A DNA stretch of 64,000 nt from Flavobacteriales bacterium (GCA_018647945.1 JABGSE010000041.1:5010-69009); one strand, 5' to 3'; shown: positions 18,537 through 28,815, counted from the first letter of the stretch. Program-made: numbers and translations. The notes: generated from the letters alone by a model not told the origin.

Positions 18537-18707
18537 ATGAGTATAGTATTTGGTATTTTATTGATTTTAATAGCGTTTTTTGTATTTGGTGGATATACGA
18601 GACATAAGTCTGGAGAAATAAATGTTTTGATTTATGATAATGATGGTCTTATTGTGTTGATATGTTTAGTTTTATTGATTTCCGGATTATATTTTATCTT
18701 CAGTTAA
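18537..18707 (+). CDS. possible 56-aa two-TM membrane peptide (below the ORF-track size cutoff)
   Basis: Manual translation gives MSIVFGILLILIAFFVFGGYTRHKSGEINVLIYDNDGLIVLICLVLLISGLYFIFS. It has two hydrophobic helices and is preceded by a -7 box. Confidence 0.35.
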   Translation: MSIVFGILLILIAFFVFGGYTRHKSGEINVLIYDNDGLIVLICLVLLISGLYFIFS

Positions 18708-18713
18708 ACACTT

Positions 18714-18878
18714 TTATTTTTTATAAATCCAATAATCTACTCCTCCATGGTGACTGCATGCTCCTTGCCCAGTTGCAGAACTCTTCCATCCATCATTACA
18801 AATAGCTCCAATTCTTTCCTTTTTATTACAACTAGAAAGGGTGAAAAATAACATTAAATAGACAATTATTTTTTTCAT
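18714..18878 (-). CDS. 54-aa lipoprotein with DUF3761-like Cys motif (below the ORF-track size cutoff)
   Basis: Manual translation gives MKKIIVYLMLFFTLSSCNKKERIGAICNDGWKSSATGQGACSHHGGVDYWIYKK. The C.DG..S......GACSHHGGV pattern resembles DUF3761. Its ATG overlaps the yjdM stop (TAATG). Confidence 0.5.
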   Translation of the reverse strand: MKKIIVYLMLFFTLSSCNKKERIGAICNDGWKSSATGQGACSHHGGVDYWIYKK

Positions 18879-19219
18879 TAACCTTTTTTTACAAATTCTG
18901 ATTTTAGCTGCATGGAGCCAAAACCATCAATTTTACAGTTAATGTTATGTTCTCCTTCAGTTAAGCGGATATTCTTTACTTTGGTACCTGATTTTACTGG
19001 TTTTGGAGCACCTTTTACTGGTAAGTTCTTGATAACAATAACGCTATCCCCTGTTTGTAAACGAGTTCCATTGCTATCCAATACTTGTAATCCGTTTTCT
19101 AATTCTACTTCTTTTGGACTCCACTGATTTGTACATTCTGGGCAAGTGTAGGAATCATCTCCTGTTGAATATCCATAAGGAGATTCACATACTGGGCAAG
19201 CTTTCATTTCTTCTGACAT
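18878..19219 (-). CDS. yjdM: zinc-ribbon protein YjdM/PhnA family
   Basis: CPVC...CPEC zinc ribbon, then DSNGTRLQTGDSVIVIKNLPVKG...IDGFGSMQLKSEFVKK, typical of PhnA/YjdM. Confidence 0.85.
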   Translation of the reverse strand: MSEEMKACPVCESPYGYSTGDDSYTCPECTNQWSPKEVELENGLQVLDSNGTRLQTGDSVIVIKNLPVKGAPKPVKSGTKVKNIRLTEGEHNINCKIDGFGSMQLKSEFVKKG

Positions 19220-19226
19220 ATTTTTA

Positions 19227-20921
19227 TTATATTTTTGAATTCGTAATTTTCATGATTTCATCTTCTTGGGCACAAGCATCATCAACTATTTGTTGTCCTC
19301 TCTTTAAAATATCGGTTACAAAGGCTTTGTCCTCACAATCACCACAATTAATTTTTACATTAAGGAAAGCACCAATTACAGCAGTACGAGCACAAAGCGC
19401 ACCTACTCCAGCATCAGTTACTGAGTTAGGGTTTCCAAAGTCCGCCATAGCTTTTATTACTTCCATAGAGTTGTAAGCAGTTTCCATTACCTTAAAGGGA
19501 GTGAGGATAGCATATTTAGTTGCTGCTTGTATAGCATTATGTCTGATTGCTTTTGCTTCTTCAGTATCTTTTGGCTGGCGGAAAGCATCCATAATTTTGT
19601 TAAATGCATTGGTGTCTTCATCTACTAAATCCAATAAAGTCCTTTGGTATTCCATTCCTTTTTCTGCCCAATCTGAGAACTCTTCCCATCTATCGTCCCA
19701 ACCTCTTTTATGTGCAGAAAGATTAGCTACCATTGTTCCTAATGAAATACCCATTGCTCCAGCATAAGCAGAAATTGAACCTCCACCAGGAGCAGGACTT
19801 TCGCTTGCTGTTTCATCTACAAAATCAGTAAGATTCATGTTTACAAGTGGTTTGTTTGCATCAGCATCTAACATGTATTCAATTATTCTTTCTTCAGGGT
19901 TGAAAGGAGCTAATTCATCTAATCCTAAAGTTTTAATTGCAATTTTAATGATTTCACTTTCAGGAATTCCTGTTGAACGTTCTTGTTTTTTAAGGAAGTG
20001 TTTCCCCGCATCAATCAACACTTTTTTAGGTACTAAACCAATTAATTCCGATCCTGTAACGCGCATTCCTCTTGCGATTGATCGCTCACAAGTCTTGTCG
20101 AATACCTCATGTAAAGGGGAAATGTTGATGTCTGTAAGATTGTAAGATATTTGTGCCACTCCATATTCTTCAATATACCAACCAATCCCTTTTACAGCTT
20201 TGAATAATCCTGGTTCTTTTAATGGGTTTCCGTCAGCATCTTTCATTACTTTTCCTGAAAGTGTACCTCCTTCTCTTTTTATTCTTCCTGCTTCACGGAT
20301 GTCAAAAGCAACTGCATTTGCTCTACGAGTAGAAGTGGTGTTTAAGTTAACATTATAAGCCACTAAAAAGTCACGAGCTGAAATTCCTGTTGCTCCTGAT
20401 TTTTCAACTGATTTGTTAAATTCAGCAGGACCAAAATCTGGTTTCCAATCCGTATCCACTAATTTTTTGGATAATCCTTCATATTCTCCTTGTCTGCAAT
20501 TGGCAAGGTTTTTACGCTTTTCTTCTTTTGCTGCTGCTTCATAATGGTAAACAGGAATTCCAAGTTCTGTTCCTACTCTTTCTCCTAATTTGTGTGCCCA
20601 TTTTGATGTTTCTTCCATACTAATATTTGCAATTGGCACTAGTGGACAAACATCAGTAGCTCCCATTCTTGGGTGTTCACCTGAGTGTTTGCTCATATCA
20701 ATTAATTCTTGTGCTTTTTGTATCAGTAAAAATGCGGCATCAATTACTTGTTGAGGTTCTCCGACAAATGTAATTACCGTTCGGTTTGTCGCTTTTCCTG
20801 GGTCAACATTTAGGAGTTTTACTCCATCAATTTCCTCTACAATTTGTGAGATAATTTTAATTTTCTCCTCATCTCTACCTTCTGAGATATTTGGAACACA
20901 TTCTATAATTTTTTTACTCAT
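19227..20921 (-). CDS. bifunctional glutamate formimidoyltransferase / formimidoyl-THF cyclodeaminase (FTCD-like)
   Basis: 564 aa. The formiminotransferase N-terminus is ECVPNISEGRD. The C-terminal ~200 aa form a helical cyclodeaminase-like domain (SESPAPGGGSISAYAGAMG). Confidence 0.85.
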   Translation of the reverse strand: MSKKIIECVPNISEGRDEEKIKIISQIVEEIDGVKLLNVDPGKATNRTVITFVGEPQQVIDAAFLLIQKAQELIDMSKHSGEHPRMGATDVCPLVPIANISMEETSKWAHKLGERVGTELGIPVYHYEAAAKEEKRKNLANCRQGEYEGLSKKLVDTDWKPDFGPAEFNKSVEKSGATGISARDFLVAYNVNLNTTSTRRANAVAFDIREAGRIKREGGTLSGKVMKDADGNPLKEPGLFKAVKGIGWYIEEYGVAQISYNLTDINISPLHEVFDKTCERSIARGMRVTGSELIGLVPKKVLIDAGKHFLKKQERSTGIPESEIIKIAIKTLGLDELAPFNPEERIIEYMLDADANKPLVNMNLTDFVDETASESPAPGGGSISAYAGAMGISLGTMVANLSAHKRGWDDRWEEFSDWAEKGMEYQRTLLDLVDEDTNAFNKIMDAFRQPKDTEEAKAIRHNAIQAATKYAILTPFKVMETAYNSMEVIKAMADFGNPNSVTDAGVGALCARTAVIGAFLNVKINCGDCEDKAFVTDILKRGQQIVDDACAQEDEIMKITNSKI

Positions 20922-20995
20922 TTTTTATATTTTAGTAGTGCAAACTTAAAGAAATAAATTACTACAAACTACAAAGTAAAACCCAAAAACTATCT

Positions 20996-21003
20996 TATTT
21001 TTG
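20996..21003 (+). promoter_or_regulatory. -7 promoter box (TATTTTTG) abutting the queE start
   Basis: Exact TAnnTTTG, only 6 nt before the ATG at 21010. This implies a leaderless or near-leaderless mRNA. Confidence 0.4.
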
Positions 21004-21009
21004 CCACAT

Positions 21010-21630
21010 ATGAATTCAGAATTAGAAAATGGGACTATTCTTCCGTTAATGGAAGCGTTTTACACCATACAGGGAGAGGGTTTTTACTCAGGTAATTCCG
21101 CTTATTTTTTAAGAGTAGGAGGTTGTGATGTAGGTTGTCATTGGTGTGATGTAAAGGAAAGTTGGGATGCCAATTTACATCCTCCCACTAAGGTAGAAGA
21201 TATGGTTTCTCCCATTCTGAATTTCCCTTCTGATACGGTAGTTGTTACTGGAGGGGAGCCTTTAATGTGGAATATGAATTTTTTAACTGAATCCTTAAAA
21301 CAAAAAGGATTGAAAACCCATTTGGAAACTTCTGGAAGTCATAAATTAAGTGGCGATTGGGATTGGATTTGTCTTTCCCCAAAGAAGTTTCAGAAACCAT
21401 TGGATGCAATAAAACCATTGGTAAACGAGTTGAAGATAATAGTGAAAAATAAATCAGATTTTAAGTGGGCGGAAGATCAAAAAGTTGGAGTTTCAGAAAA
21501 TTGTAAACTCTATTTGCAACCAGAATGGAGCAACAAAGAAGAGATGATTCCACTTATAATTGATTATGTAATGCAAAATCCGGAATGGCAAATCTCCTTA
21601 CAAACCCATAAATATTTACAAATACCATAA
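21010..21630 (+). CDS. queE: 7-carboxy-7-deazaguanine synthase (radical SAM)
   Basis: FYTIQGEG, radical-SAM cluster CDVGCHWCD and TGGEPL. ATG at 21010 is preferred over the TTG at 21001. Confidence 0.85.
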   Translation: MNSELENGTILPLMEAFYTIQGEGFYSGNSAYFLRVGGCDVGCHWCDVKESWDANLHPPTKVEDMVSPILNFPSDTVVVTGGEPLMWNMNFLTESLKQKGLKTHLETSGSHKLSGDWDWICLSPKKFQKPLDAIKPLVNELKIIVKNKSDFKWAEDQKVGVSENCKLYLQPEWSNKEEMIPLIIDYVMQNPEWQISLQTHKYLQIP

Positions 21631-23322
21631 ATGAAAAAACTCATTATCATTATTTTAATTTGTACACCAATTTTATCTTTTTCTCAACAGACAGATTACA
21701 AAACTTATGATAAAATTGTAGATTTGATAGAACTGGGCAACTTGGAAAAAGCCAAAAAACTAACTTTAAAACTAATCGATAAATCTGAGGGATGGAATCA
21801 GGTGCATTTGTTAATGTCCAATATTTATTTTAAGGAAGGAGATATCTCTGAAAGTTCAAATTCATTTCTAAGTGCTTATCCAGAAAATGAAGTTGAAAGT
21901 GCTTTACCAATCTTTTTAATGGGAGAAAAATATTTTGAGGCAGCCTATTATTCTGCAGCTTTACAGTTATTAAAAATTTCAGAGAATTTGTTAAAACAAA
22001 ACCTTATTGAATGGAAGAATTCAGATAAAAAAAACAAGCATTCATATGCAGGAGAAATAAATAAAAATAAAAGATTAATTACAAATTGTCAGTTTTCAAT
22101 TGATGCCATGAAAAATCCTTTAGAGTTTAAGTTTGAAAATATGGGAGAAAACATCAATACTGAAAATGCAGAATATTTACCATTTATTTCTGCAGATGAT
22201 GAGTTTTTTATTCTGACTCGTAGAATGGAAAAAGAAGGAATGATTGATCAGGAAGATTTTTTCATTTCATATAAATCGGAAAATGAAAAATGGCAAAAGC
22301 AAACTCCTATGTCGATAAATACTCTTAAAAATGAGGGAGCAATTACTATTTCGGCAGATGAAATGTTTTTAGTTTACACTGCTTGCGACAGAGATGGAGG
22401 GATTGGAAGTTGCGATTTGTATATTTGTGTGAAAACAGAAAATGGAGAGTGGTCGGATGCAATGAATTTGGGAAATGTAGTAAATTCGAAAGCATGGGAT
22501 TCGCAATCTTGCTTTTCTCCTGACGGAAAATATTTGTATTTTATAAGTAATAGAGAAGGAGGATTTGGTGGGAAAGATATTTGGAGAACAGAATTGACAA
22601 GATTTGGTTTTTCTGAACCGAAAAATTTAGGAGAAAATATCAATACAAAACATGATGAAATGTCTCCATTTTTACACCATGATAATCTGACATTTTACTT
22701 TGCATCAAAAGGCCATACAGGAATGGGAGATTATGATTTATTTGTAAGTAGGAGAGAGAACACAGATTCGGATTGGGGAACTCAAGAAAATTTGGGATAT
22801 CCAATAAATTCCAATAAAGTGGAAAATTCTTTGGTGGTTTCTTCTGATGGGAAAACGGCATATTTTGTTTCAAATAATAGTGGTTTTGGAAAGGAGGATA
22901 TTTTTACTTTTCAACTTCCAAAGGAAAAAAGAGCAACTGAAATTTCAGAGTTAGAAAAAGAAATCATTACTCAATTAGAGGGAGAAGAAATCATTTTGGA
23001 AAATGTACTTTTTGAAATAAATTCCTTTGTTTTAATGGAGAGTTCCTTTGATGAATTAGGTTTGTTAATTGATTATTTAAAGAAAAATCTTTCTGTAAAA
23101 ATACATATTGAAGGTCATACCGATAATGTTGGAAAGAAAACAGATAACCAAATTTTATCAGAAAATAGAGCAAAGACAGTTTACAATTATTTGTATAAAA
23201 ATAGAATTAATTCCAATCGACTTACTTTTAAAGGTTATGGTGAAAGTAAAGAAATTGCGAGTAATTCAACTGAAAAAGGGAGAGAAAAGAATAGAAGAAC
23301 CTCTTTTGTTATTAAGAGGTAA
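21631..23322 (+). CDS. OmpA-family outer-membrane/peptidoglycan-associated protein with TPR-like and TolB/PD40-like repeats
   Basis: Signal peptide, repeated PD40-like segments (SPDGKYLYFISNREGGFGGKDIW, SSDGKTAYFVSN), and a C-terminal OmpA domain (IEGHTDNVG...LSENRAKTV...NRRTSF). Confidence 0.8.
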   Translation: MKKLIIIILICTPILSFSQQTDYKTYDKIVDLIELGNLEKAKKLTLKLIDKSEGWNQVHLLMSNIYFKEGDISESSNSFLSAYPENEVESALPIFLMGEKYFEAAYYSAALQLLKISENLLKQNLIEWKNSDKKNKHSYAGEINKNKRLITNCQFSIDAMKNPLEFKFENMGENINTENAEYLPFISADDEFFILTRRMEKEGMIDQEDFFISYKSENEKWQKQTPMSINTLKNEGAITISADEMFLVYTACDRDGGIGSCDLYICVKTENGEWSDAMNLGNVVNSKAWDSQSCFSPDGKYLYFISNREGGFGGKDIWRTELTRFGFSEPKNLGENINTKHDEMSPFLHHDNLTFYFASKGHTGMGDYDLFVSRRENTDSDWGTQENLGYPINSNKVENSLVVSSDGKTAYFVSNNSGFGKEDIFTFQLPKEKRATEISELEKEIITQLEGEEIILENVLFEINSFVLMESSFDELGLLIDYLKKNLSVKIHIEGHTDNVGKKTDNQILSENRAKTVYNYLYKNRINSNRLTFKGYGESKEIASNSTEKGREKNRRTSFVIKR

Positions 23323-23323
23323 A

Positions 23324-24811
23324 TTAATTCAAAATATCCTCTTTACTTTTGGGTTTTTCATCCATTCTCCAAATAAATCCATCCAGATATTTATCTTCTT
23401 CTTTTACTTCATTAAAGGGAGTTGTTATTGATTTTGGTATAATTTTATAAGTGATATTAGAAAGTTTACTGTCCAACATATTTATACTGATGTCGGTGCA
23501 AATGGCTTTATTTATTCCCATTTTTTCCTTTTTATCGTCTTCTATCAAAAACAATGATTGTCCATTTCCAACTACATTTAATTTTTGAAGTTTATTCTCC
23601 TTAAAAATTCCTACCATATATTTCCCTTTTATCTGATTGTAATGAAGAGAATCCGCTTTAGAAATAATAATTGGATTTGGATAAAAATACATCCTATGAA
23701 TTTTTTGTTTGTACATTTTTATATTGATGCTATCGGAAGTAATTTGCATATCGTCTACCCATAAAACCGGATTGTTGTACAAGTTCACCACAGAATCGGT
23801 TAAACTATAAAATAAGGAATCACATTTCCCTTGAAAATCTTCTTTAAAAATTTTCACATTGTTGTAGGCAATAATATTTTCCTTTCCTTTTATATTGTTA
23901 CTCACAAATTTATTTGAGGTCATAAATAGGGTATCCTTTTCAAAAATTATATTTAGCAAGGCATTTTGTGTGACTTCTATATATTCTTCTTTTTCGAAAT
24001 ATTCAGCTAAGTTTCCGTTTATAATAATATTATTCACTGTGTCAATCATGCAAATATTATCAATTGCTTTTCCGTATCCTTTGTTTCTGTCGTAAAATAA
24101 ACTATCTCCTTTTATTGTGTAATCACTATCTGTTATGTATGCGTTTTCCCTGAATTGCGATAAATTAGTATTTGTATTGTACCAACCATTTTCGCAATAA
24201 ATAGTATTGTTTTTGGAGTAGATAAATGATGGTCCTAAAAAGAAGGATTTTTTAGTTTCAGAATTATAGATAAGAGTATCGGTTTCTACTGTATAATCTT
24301 TTCCTGTAATTCTTACATTGTCCTTAAAGTAAAAGTTATGTGAGATAGCATTATATGACCCTTTGTTTGATGTAACTGAAGTTTCTTTATCAATAATTTC
24401 TCCTTTTTTTGGATAAAAGGAAGTGTTTTTTTTAAAATTATAAGTTATTTCAGAAGTGATTAAAGTTGTGTTTTTATCTTTTAAAATTACTCCTCCACTC
24501 AAATGTGCCGAACTCTTATTTCCATTGTAAACAAGTTTTTTACCGCTCATAAAAAGAGAATCCCCTTTGTTGATGGAAATCTTCCCAAAGGCAATCATTT
24601 TATTTTCCTTTTTATAATGATGAGAGGAATCGCATTTCATTATTGCACCATTGTGCTGAAATTTTACATTTCCAATATACAACCAATAATCAGGGTGTTT
24701 TTCGGAACTCGAAATTATTCTGTCAGAATTAATGAGTTCAATTTGTTCAGAATTTTGAGCATAACTATTCACACTCCAAAGAAGTATTATTATGTAAGTT
24801 ATGTATTTCAA
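23324..24811 (-). CDS. OstA/LptA-like beta-jellyroll periplasmic protein
   Basis: 495 aa with signal peptide. Repeated OstA-like strand pattern (GNVKFQHNGAIMKCDSSHHY..., GGVILKDKNTTLITSEITY). Confidence 0.55.
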   Translation of the reverse strand: MKYITYIIILLWSVNSYAQNSEQIELINSDRIISSSEKHPDYWLYIGNVKFQHNGAIMKCDSSHHYKKENKMIAFGKISINKGDSLFMSGKKLVYNGNKSSAHLSGGVILKDKNTTLITSEITYNFKKNTSFYPKKGEIIDKETSVTSNKGSYNAISHNFYFKDNVRITGKDYTVETDTLIYNSETKKSFFLGPSFIYSKNNTIYCENGWYNTNTNLSQFRENAYITDSDYTIKGDSLFYDRNKGYGKAIDNICMIDTVNNIIINGNLAEYFEKEEYIEVTQNALLNIIFEKDTLFMTSNKFVSNNIKGKENIIAYNNVKIFKEDFQGKCDSLFYSLTDSVVNLYNNPVLWVDDMQITSDSINIKMYKQKIHRMYFYPNPIIISKADSLHYNQIKGKYMVGIFKENKLQKLNVVGNGQSLFLIEDDKKEKMGINKAICTDISINMLDSKLSNITYKIIPKSITTPFNEVKEEDKYLDGFIWRMDEKPKSKEDILN

Positions 24812-24813
24812 TT

Positions 24814-26073
24814 TTATCTGAAAAAAGTTTGTTTTCTATCTGGCCCTACAGAAACAATACTTATTGGAGTTTCAAGTTCTTTTTCAAGGTATGCAATATA
24901 ATCGTGCACCTCTTTTGGAGCTTCATCCAATGATGTAATATCCATTAAGTTTTTGTCCCAACCTTTTAATTCAGTATAAACAGGAGTAAGGTTTTCATTG
25001 TCCTCAAACGGAAGGTAATCAATCTTATTGCCATTAAGCATGTAATGTGTGCAAACTTTTATGATGTCTAACCCTGAAAGAACATCTGCTTTCATCATAT
25101 TTAATTTGGTAACACCATTAATGTTAATAGCGTATTTCAGAGCTGGTAAATCAATCCAACCACATCTTCTTGATCTTCCAGTTGTTGCTCCAAATTCATT
25201 TCCAATTCTTCCTAATCTCTCTCCAACTTCATCAAATAATTCTGAAGGAAAAGGACCGCTTCCAACTCTAGTACAATAAGCTTTAAATATTCCAAAAACT
25301 TCTCCAATTTTATTGGGAGCAATTCCCAATCCTGTACAAGCTCCAGCTGCAATTGTGTTGGATGAAGTTACAAATGGATAAGAACCAAAATCGATATCCA
25401 AAAGTGTGCCTTGAGCTCCTTCTGCCAAAATTTTCTTTCCATCCTTTAATGCTTTATGGATAAAGTGTTCACTCTCAATGTGCTCAAATCTCTTTAAGGT
25501 TTTTAAGCTGTCAAACCACTTTTTTTCTAATTCTTCTACTTCATATTCAAAGTCATAAAAATCCAGAATTTGAATGTGTTTTCTTTTTAATTTTTCGTAT
25601 TTTTCTTTAAAATTTGGATCTGAAATATCTCCAACTCTTAGTCCGTTTCTTCCAGTTTTATCCATGTAAGTTGGACTAATACCTTTTAATGTGGATCCAA
25701 TTTTGTTTTTACCTTTTGCTTTTTCGGATGCGGCATCCAAAAGTTTGTGTGTTGGTAAAATAAGATGTGCTTTTTTAGAAATTAACAGTTTTGACATTTC
25801 CACATCTAAATTGTCGATAGCAATAATTTCATTTTCAAAAATTACTGGATCAATAACCACTCCATTTCCAATTACATTTATTGCTCCATTATGGAAAATT
25901 CCTGAAGGAATTGTATGTAAAACATGTTTTATTCCATCAAATTCTAAAGTATGACCAGCATTTGGTCCTCCCTGAAATCGTGCTATAATATCGTATTTTG
26001 TTGTAAGTACATCTACAATTTTCCCTTTTCCTTCATCTCCCCATTGCAACCCTAAAAGTACATCTGCCTTCAT
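24814..26073 (-). CDS. purA: adenylosuccinate synthase
   Basis: QWGDEGKGK P-loop, GPNAGHT and GATTGRSRRCGW. Confidence 0.95.
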   Translation of the reverse strand: MKADVLLGLQWGDEGKGKIVDVLTTKYDIIARFQGGPNAGHTLEFDGIKHVLHTIPSGIFHNGAINVIGNGVVIDPVIFENEIIAIDNLDVEMSKLLISKKAHLILPTHKLLDAASEKAKGKNKIGSTLKGISPTYMDKTGRNGLRVGDISDPNFKEKYEKLKRKHIQILDFYDFEYEVEELEKKWFDSLKTLKRFEHIESEHFIHKALKDGKKILAEGAQGTLLDIDFGSYPFVTSSNTIAAGACTGLGIAPNKIGEVFGIFKAYCTRVGSGPFPSELFDEVGERLGRIGNEFGATTGRSRRCGWIDLPALKYAININGVTKLNMMKADVLSGLDIIKVCTHYMLNGNKIDYLPFEDNENLTPVYTELKGWDKNLMDITSLDEAPKEVHDYIAYLEKELETPISIVSVGPDRKQTFFR

Positions 26074-26078
26074 TTCTT

Positions 26079-26528
26079 TTATTTATTTTGACAATTATTA
26101 CAAATTCCGTAAAAGTTTAAAGCATGTCTTTCAATTTTGAAATTCATGTTGTCCACTATACTATTTTTTATTTCCTGAATTCTGGGATCACAAAATTCAA
26201 TTACATCATTACATTTGTTACAAATTAAATGATCGTGTTGTTTGTTTAAAAAACACTTTTCGTATTGCGCTTGAGATTTATCAAATTGGTGTTTTCGTAT
26301 CAATTTACAATCCAATAAAATTTCAATTGTATTGTACAGAGTTGCTCTGCTAACTCTGTAGTTTTTATTTTTCATCTGAATATACATGGATTCAATATCG
26401 AAATGCCCATCATGATTGTATATTTCTCGCAAAATAGCATACCTTTCAGGGGTCTTCCTCTGCTTGTTATTTATCAAATATTCAGTAAAAATATTCGTAA
26501 CTTCAGTATGTAATTCTTCTTTTATCAT
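26079..26528 (-). CDS. fur: Fur family transcriptional regulator
   Basis: Winged-helix N-terminal part, [15 protein letters not shown] and a C-terminal CNNC metal site. ATG at 26528 is preferred over the TTG at 26540. Confidence 0.8.
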   Translation of the reverse strand: MIKEELHTEVTNIFTEYLINNKQRKTPERYAILREIYNHDGHFDIESMYIQMKNKNYRVSRATLYNTIEILLDCKLIRKHQFDKSQAQYEKCFLNKQHDHLICNKCNDVIEFCDPRIQEIKNSIVDNMNFKIERHALNFYGICNNCQNK

Positions 26529-26602
26529 TGTTTTTAACAAGGCGTAAAAATAAGCAAAATACCCAAACTGAAAGTAATTTGTAAGTTGATATTATTAAAA
26601 AA

Positions 26603-28804
26603 TTAAATGTGTTTATAAGTTCTTTTAATTTCTTTAATTCCGTCAATTTTTGTGAGTTTTTCATTCAACGAATTTAGGAAAGTAACATTGTGGACAAAGA
26701 GAGTAATTTCTCCTTCAAATATACCATCTTCTGAAGAAATATTGATGGACCTTATGTTTACATGCATTTGAGAAGAGATTACTTTTGTAACACTATTCAT
26801 TAGTCCTACACGGTCAATTCCTCTAATGTTAATTGTAGCAATAAAATCGATTGTTTCTTTATCTACCCATTTTGCTTTTAAAATTCGGTATGCATAATTT
26901 GATCTTAATTGGATGGAATTTGGACAATCTGTTTTGTGAATTTTAATTCCATCTTCTACAGTTGTAAATCCGAAAATTTTATCCCCAGAAATAGGATTGC
27001 AACAAACGGCTAATTTATAGTCCAAAACATCTTCATTATCATCAAAAACAATAATTTTATTATCTTTTTTTGATTGAGTAATTGATCTTCCACCTCTGTA
27101 TATTTTTTGTTTTATTGTTTCGTACCAACCTGCGGTTTTTATTTTTACAAAACCTTTTAATTCAGAATTAGAGATTGATGAAATTCCAAATTTGTAATAT
27201 AAATCCAATGAAGTATTTACATTGAAATGTTTTATGAGCTCGGTTTCTGTTTTTCTATTCAGTTTTACTTTTAGATGTCTCAATTTTCTTTCTACAACTT
27301 CTTTTCCTCTTGAGGCAATTTCCTTTTTTTCAACTTTTAAGGAGGACTTTATTTTTGTTTTCGCTTTGGAAGTAACTACAAATCTTAACCAATCTTTTTT
27401 TGGTTTTTGTTTTTTAGAAGTGATAATTTCTACCTGATCTCCACTATTTAAAACATGGCTTAAAGGCACTAGTTTTCCGTTTACTTTTGCTCCCAAGCAA
27501 TTTATTCCAACTTCCGAATGTATTTCAAATGCAAAATCTAAGGCAGTGGCACTTTTTGGTAGGGTTTTTAGGTCTCCATTTGGCGTGAAAATAAATATTT
27601 CACTAGAAAATAAATTCAATTTAAAGTCATCAATAAAATCAACCGCATTGGATTCAGGATTTTCTAAAACCTCTCTAATCTGGTTAATCCAATTGTCTAA
27701 CGAACTTTCCTTTTCAGTTACCCCTTTATACTTCCAATGCGCTGCGTATCCTTTTTCAGCAATGTCGTCCATTCTTCTACTTCTAATCTGAACTTCTACC
27801 CATTTCCCTTCTGGTCCCATTACAGTGGTGTGTAAGGATTCGTATCCATTTGTTTTGGATGTAGAAATCCAGTCTCTCAATCGGTCAGGATTTGGTTTGT
27901 AGAAATCGGTAACTATAGAGTACACTTGCCAACAATCTGATTTTTCATTCTCAATATCTGAATCTACAATAATTCTGATAGCAAATTTATCGTAAACCTC
28001 TTCAAAAGAAATTGATTGCTTCTCCATTTTTTTTCTGATAGAGAAGATAGATTTTGGCCTACCTTTAATGTCAAATTTAATATTATTTTCTTTTAAAGAT
28101 GACTTTATTGGTAAAATAAATTTATTGATGAATTTCTTTCTTTCAACTTTGGTCTCGTTTAGTTTTGATGAAATAGATTTGAAAATATCCGGATTTGTAA
28201 ATTTTAACCCTAAATCTTCTAATTCTGTTTTAATAGGATAAAGTCCTAATCGGTGAGCAAGTGGAGCATACAGATATAATGTTTCAGATGCAATTTTAAG
28301 TTTTTTTTGTTCTGGCATTGAATCCAAAGTCCTCATATTGTGCAGTCTGTCGGCTAGTTTTATGAGTATCACTCTTACATCATCCGAAAGGGTAAGTAAC
28401 ATTTTCCTGAAATTTTCTGCCTGAAGAGAAATATCTTGGTCAAATACATCAGAAATTTTAGTTAGCCCTTTAATGATTCTAACAATTTTCCCTCCAAACA
28501 TCCTTTCAATATCCTCAATTTCATAGTCGGTATCTTCAACAACATCATGTAATAAAGCACAAGCAATAGAAGTAGCTCCAAGTCCTATTTCCTTTGCAGA
28601 TATATGAGCAACAGCAATAGGGTGGTAGATATAAGGTTCTCCTGATTTTCTGCGCATTTCCTTATGCGCGTCAACAGCTAAATTAAAAGCTTTTCGGATA
28701 AGTTTTTTGTCTTTTTTATCCGTTTTATCAGAACAAGCTCTTAGCAGATTTCGATATTTATTTAATATCTCTTTTTCTTCTTTATTGGTGTCAATTGGGC
28801 TCAT
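26603..28804 (-). CDS. bifunctional (p)ppGpp synthetase/hydrolase, RelA/SpoT family
   Basis: 733 aa with HD hydrolase motif (HDVVEDT), synthetase region (GYESLHTTV), and TGS and ACT-like C-terminal domains. Confidence 0.9.
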   Translation of the reverse strand: MSPIDTNKEEKEILNKYRNLLRACSDKTDKKDKKLIRKAFNLAVDAHKEMRRKSGEPYIYHPIAVAHISAKEIGLGATSIACALLHDVVEDTDYEIEDIERMFGGKIVRIIKGLTKISDVFDQDISLQAENFRKMLLTLSDDVRVILIKLADRLHNMRTLDSMPEQKKLKIASETLYLYAPLAHRLGLYPIKTELEDLGLKFTNPDIFKSISSKLNETKVERKKFINKFILPIKSSLKENNIKFDIKGRPKSIFSIRKKMEKQSISFEEVYDKFAIRIIVDSDIENEKSDCWQVYSIVTDFYKPNPDRLRDWISTSKTNGYESLHTTVMGPEGKWVEVQIRSRRMDDIAEKGYAAHWKYKGVTEKESSLDNWINQIREVLENPESNAVDFIDDFKLNLFSSEIFIFTPNGDLKTLPKSATALDFAFEIHSEVGINCLGAKVNGKLVPLSHVLNSGDQVEIITSKKQKPKKDWLRFVVTSKAKTKIKSSLKVEKKEIASRGKEVVERKLRHLKVKLNRKTETELIKHFNVNTSLDLYYKFGISSISNSELKGFVKIKTAGWYETIKQKIYRGGRSITQSKKDNKIIVFDDNEDVLDYKLAVCCNPISGDKIFGFTTVEDGIKIHKTDCPNSIQLRSNYAYRILKAKWVDKETIDFIATINIRGIDRVGLMNSVTKVISSQMHVNIRSINISSEDGIFEGEITLFVHNVTFLNSLNEKLTKIDGIKEIKRTYKHI

Positions 28805-28815
28805 TTTGCAGATAC

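Noticed and set aside
19114-20145. Three plus-strand ORFs (19114-19476, 19501-19767, 19837-20145) opposite the FTCD gene.
   Set aside because: The FTCD frame has clear family motifs over its full length. The antisense ORFs are Ser/Ala/Leu-rich mirror-frame artefacts.
20922-21009. Riboswitch or leader candidates upstream of the FTCD gene and queE (THF, preQ1), glyA (30091-30140) and guaB (34619-34722).
   Set aside because: The gaps are 50-104 nt and AT-rich, lack the GC-paired stems those aptamers need, and are largely occupied by promoter boxes or a terminator.
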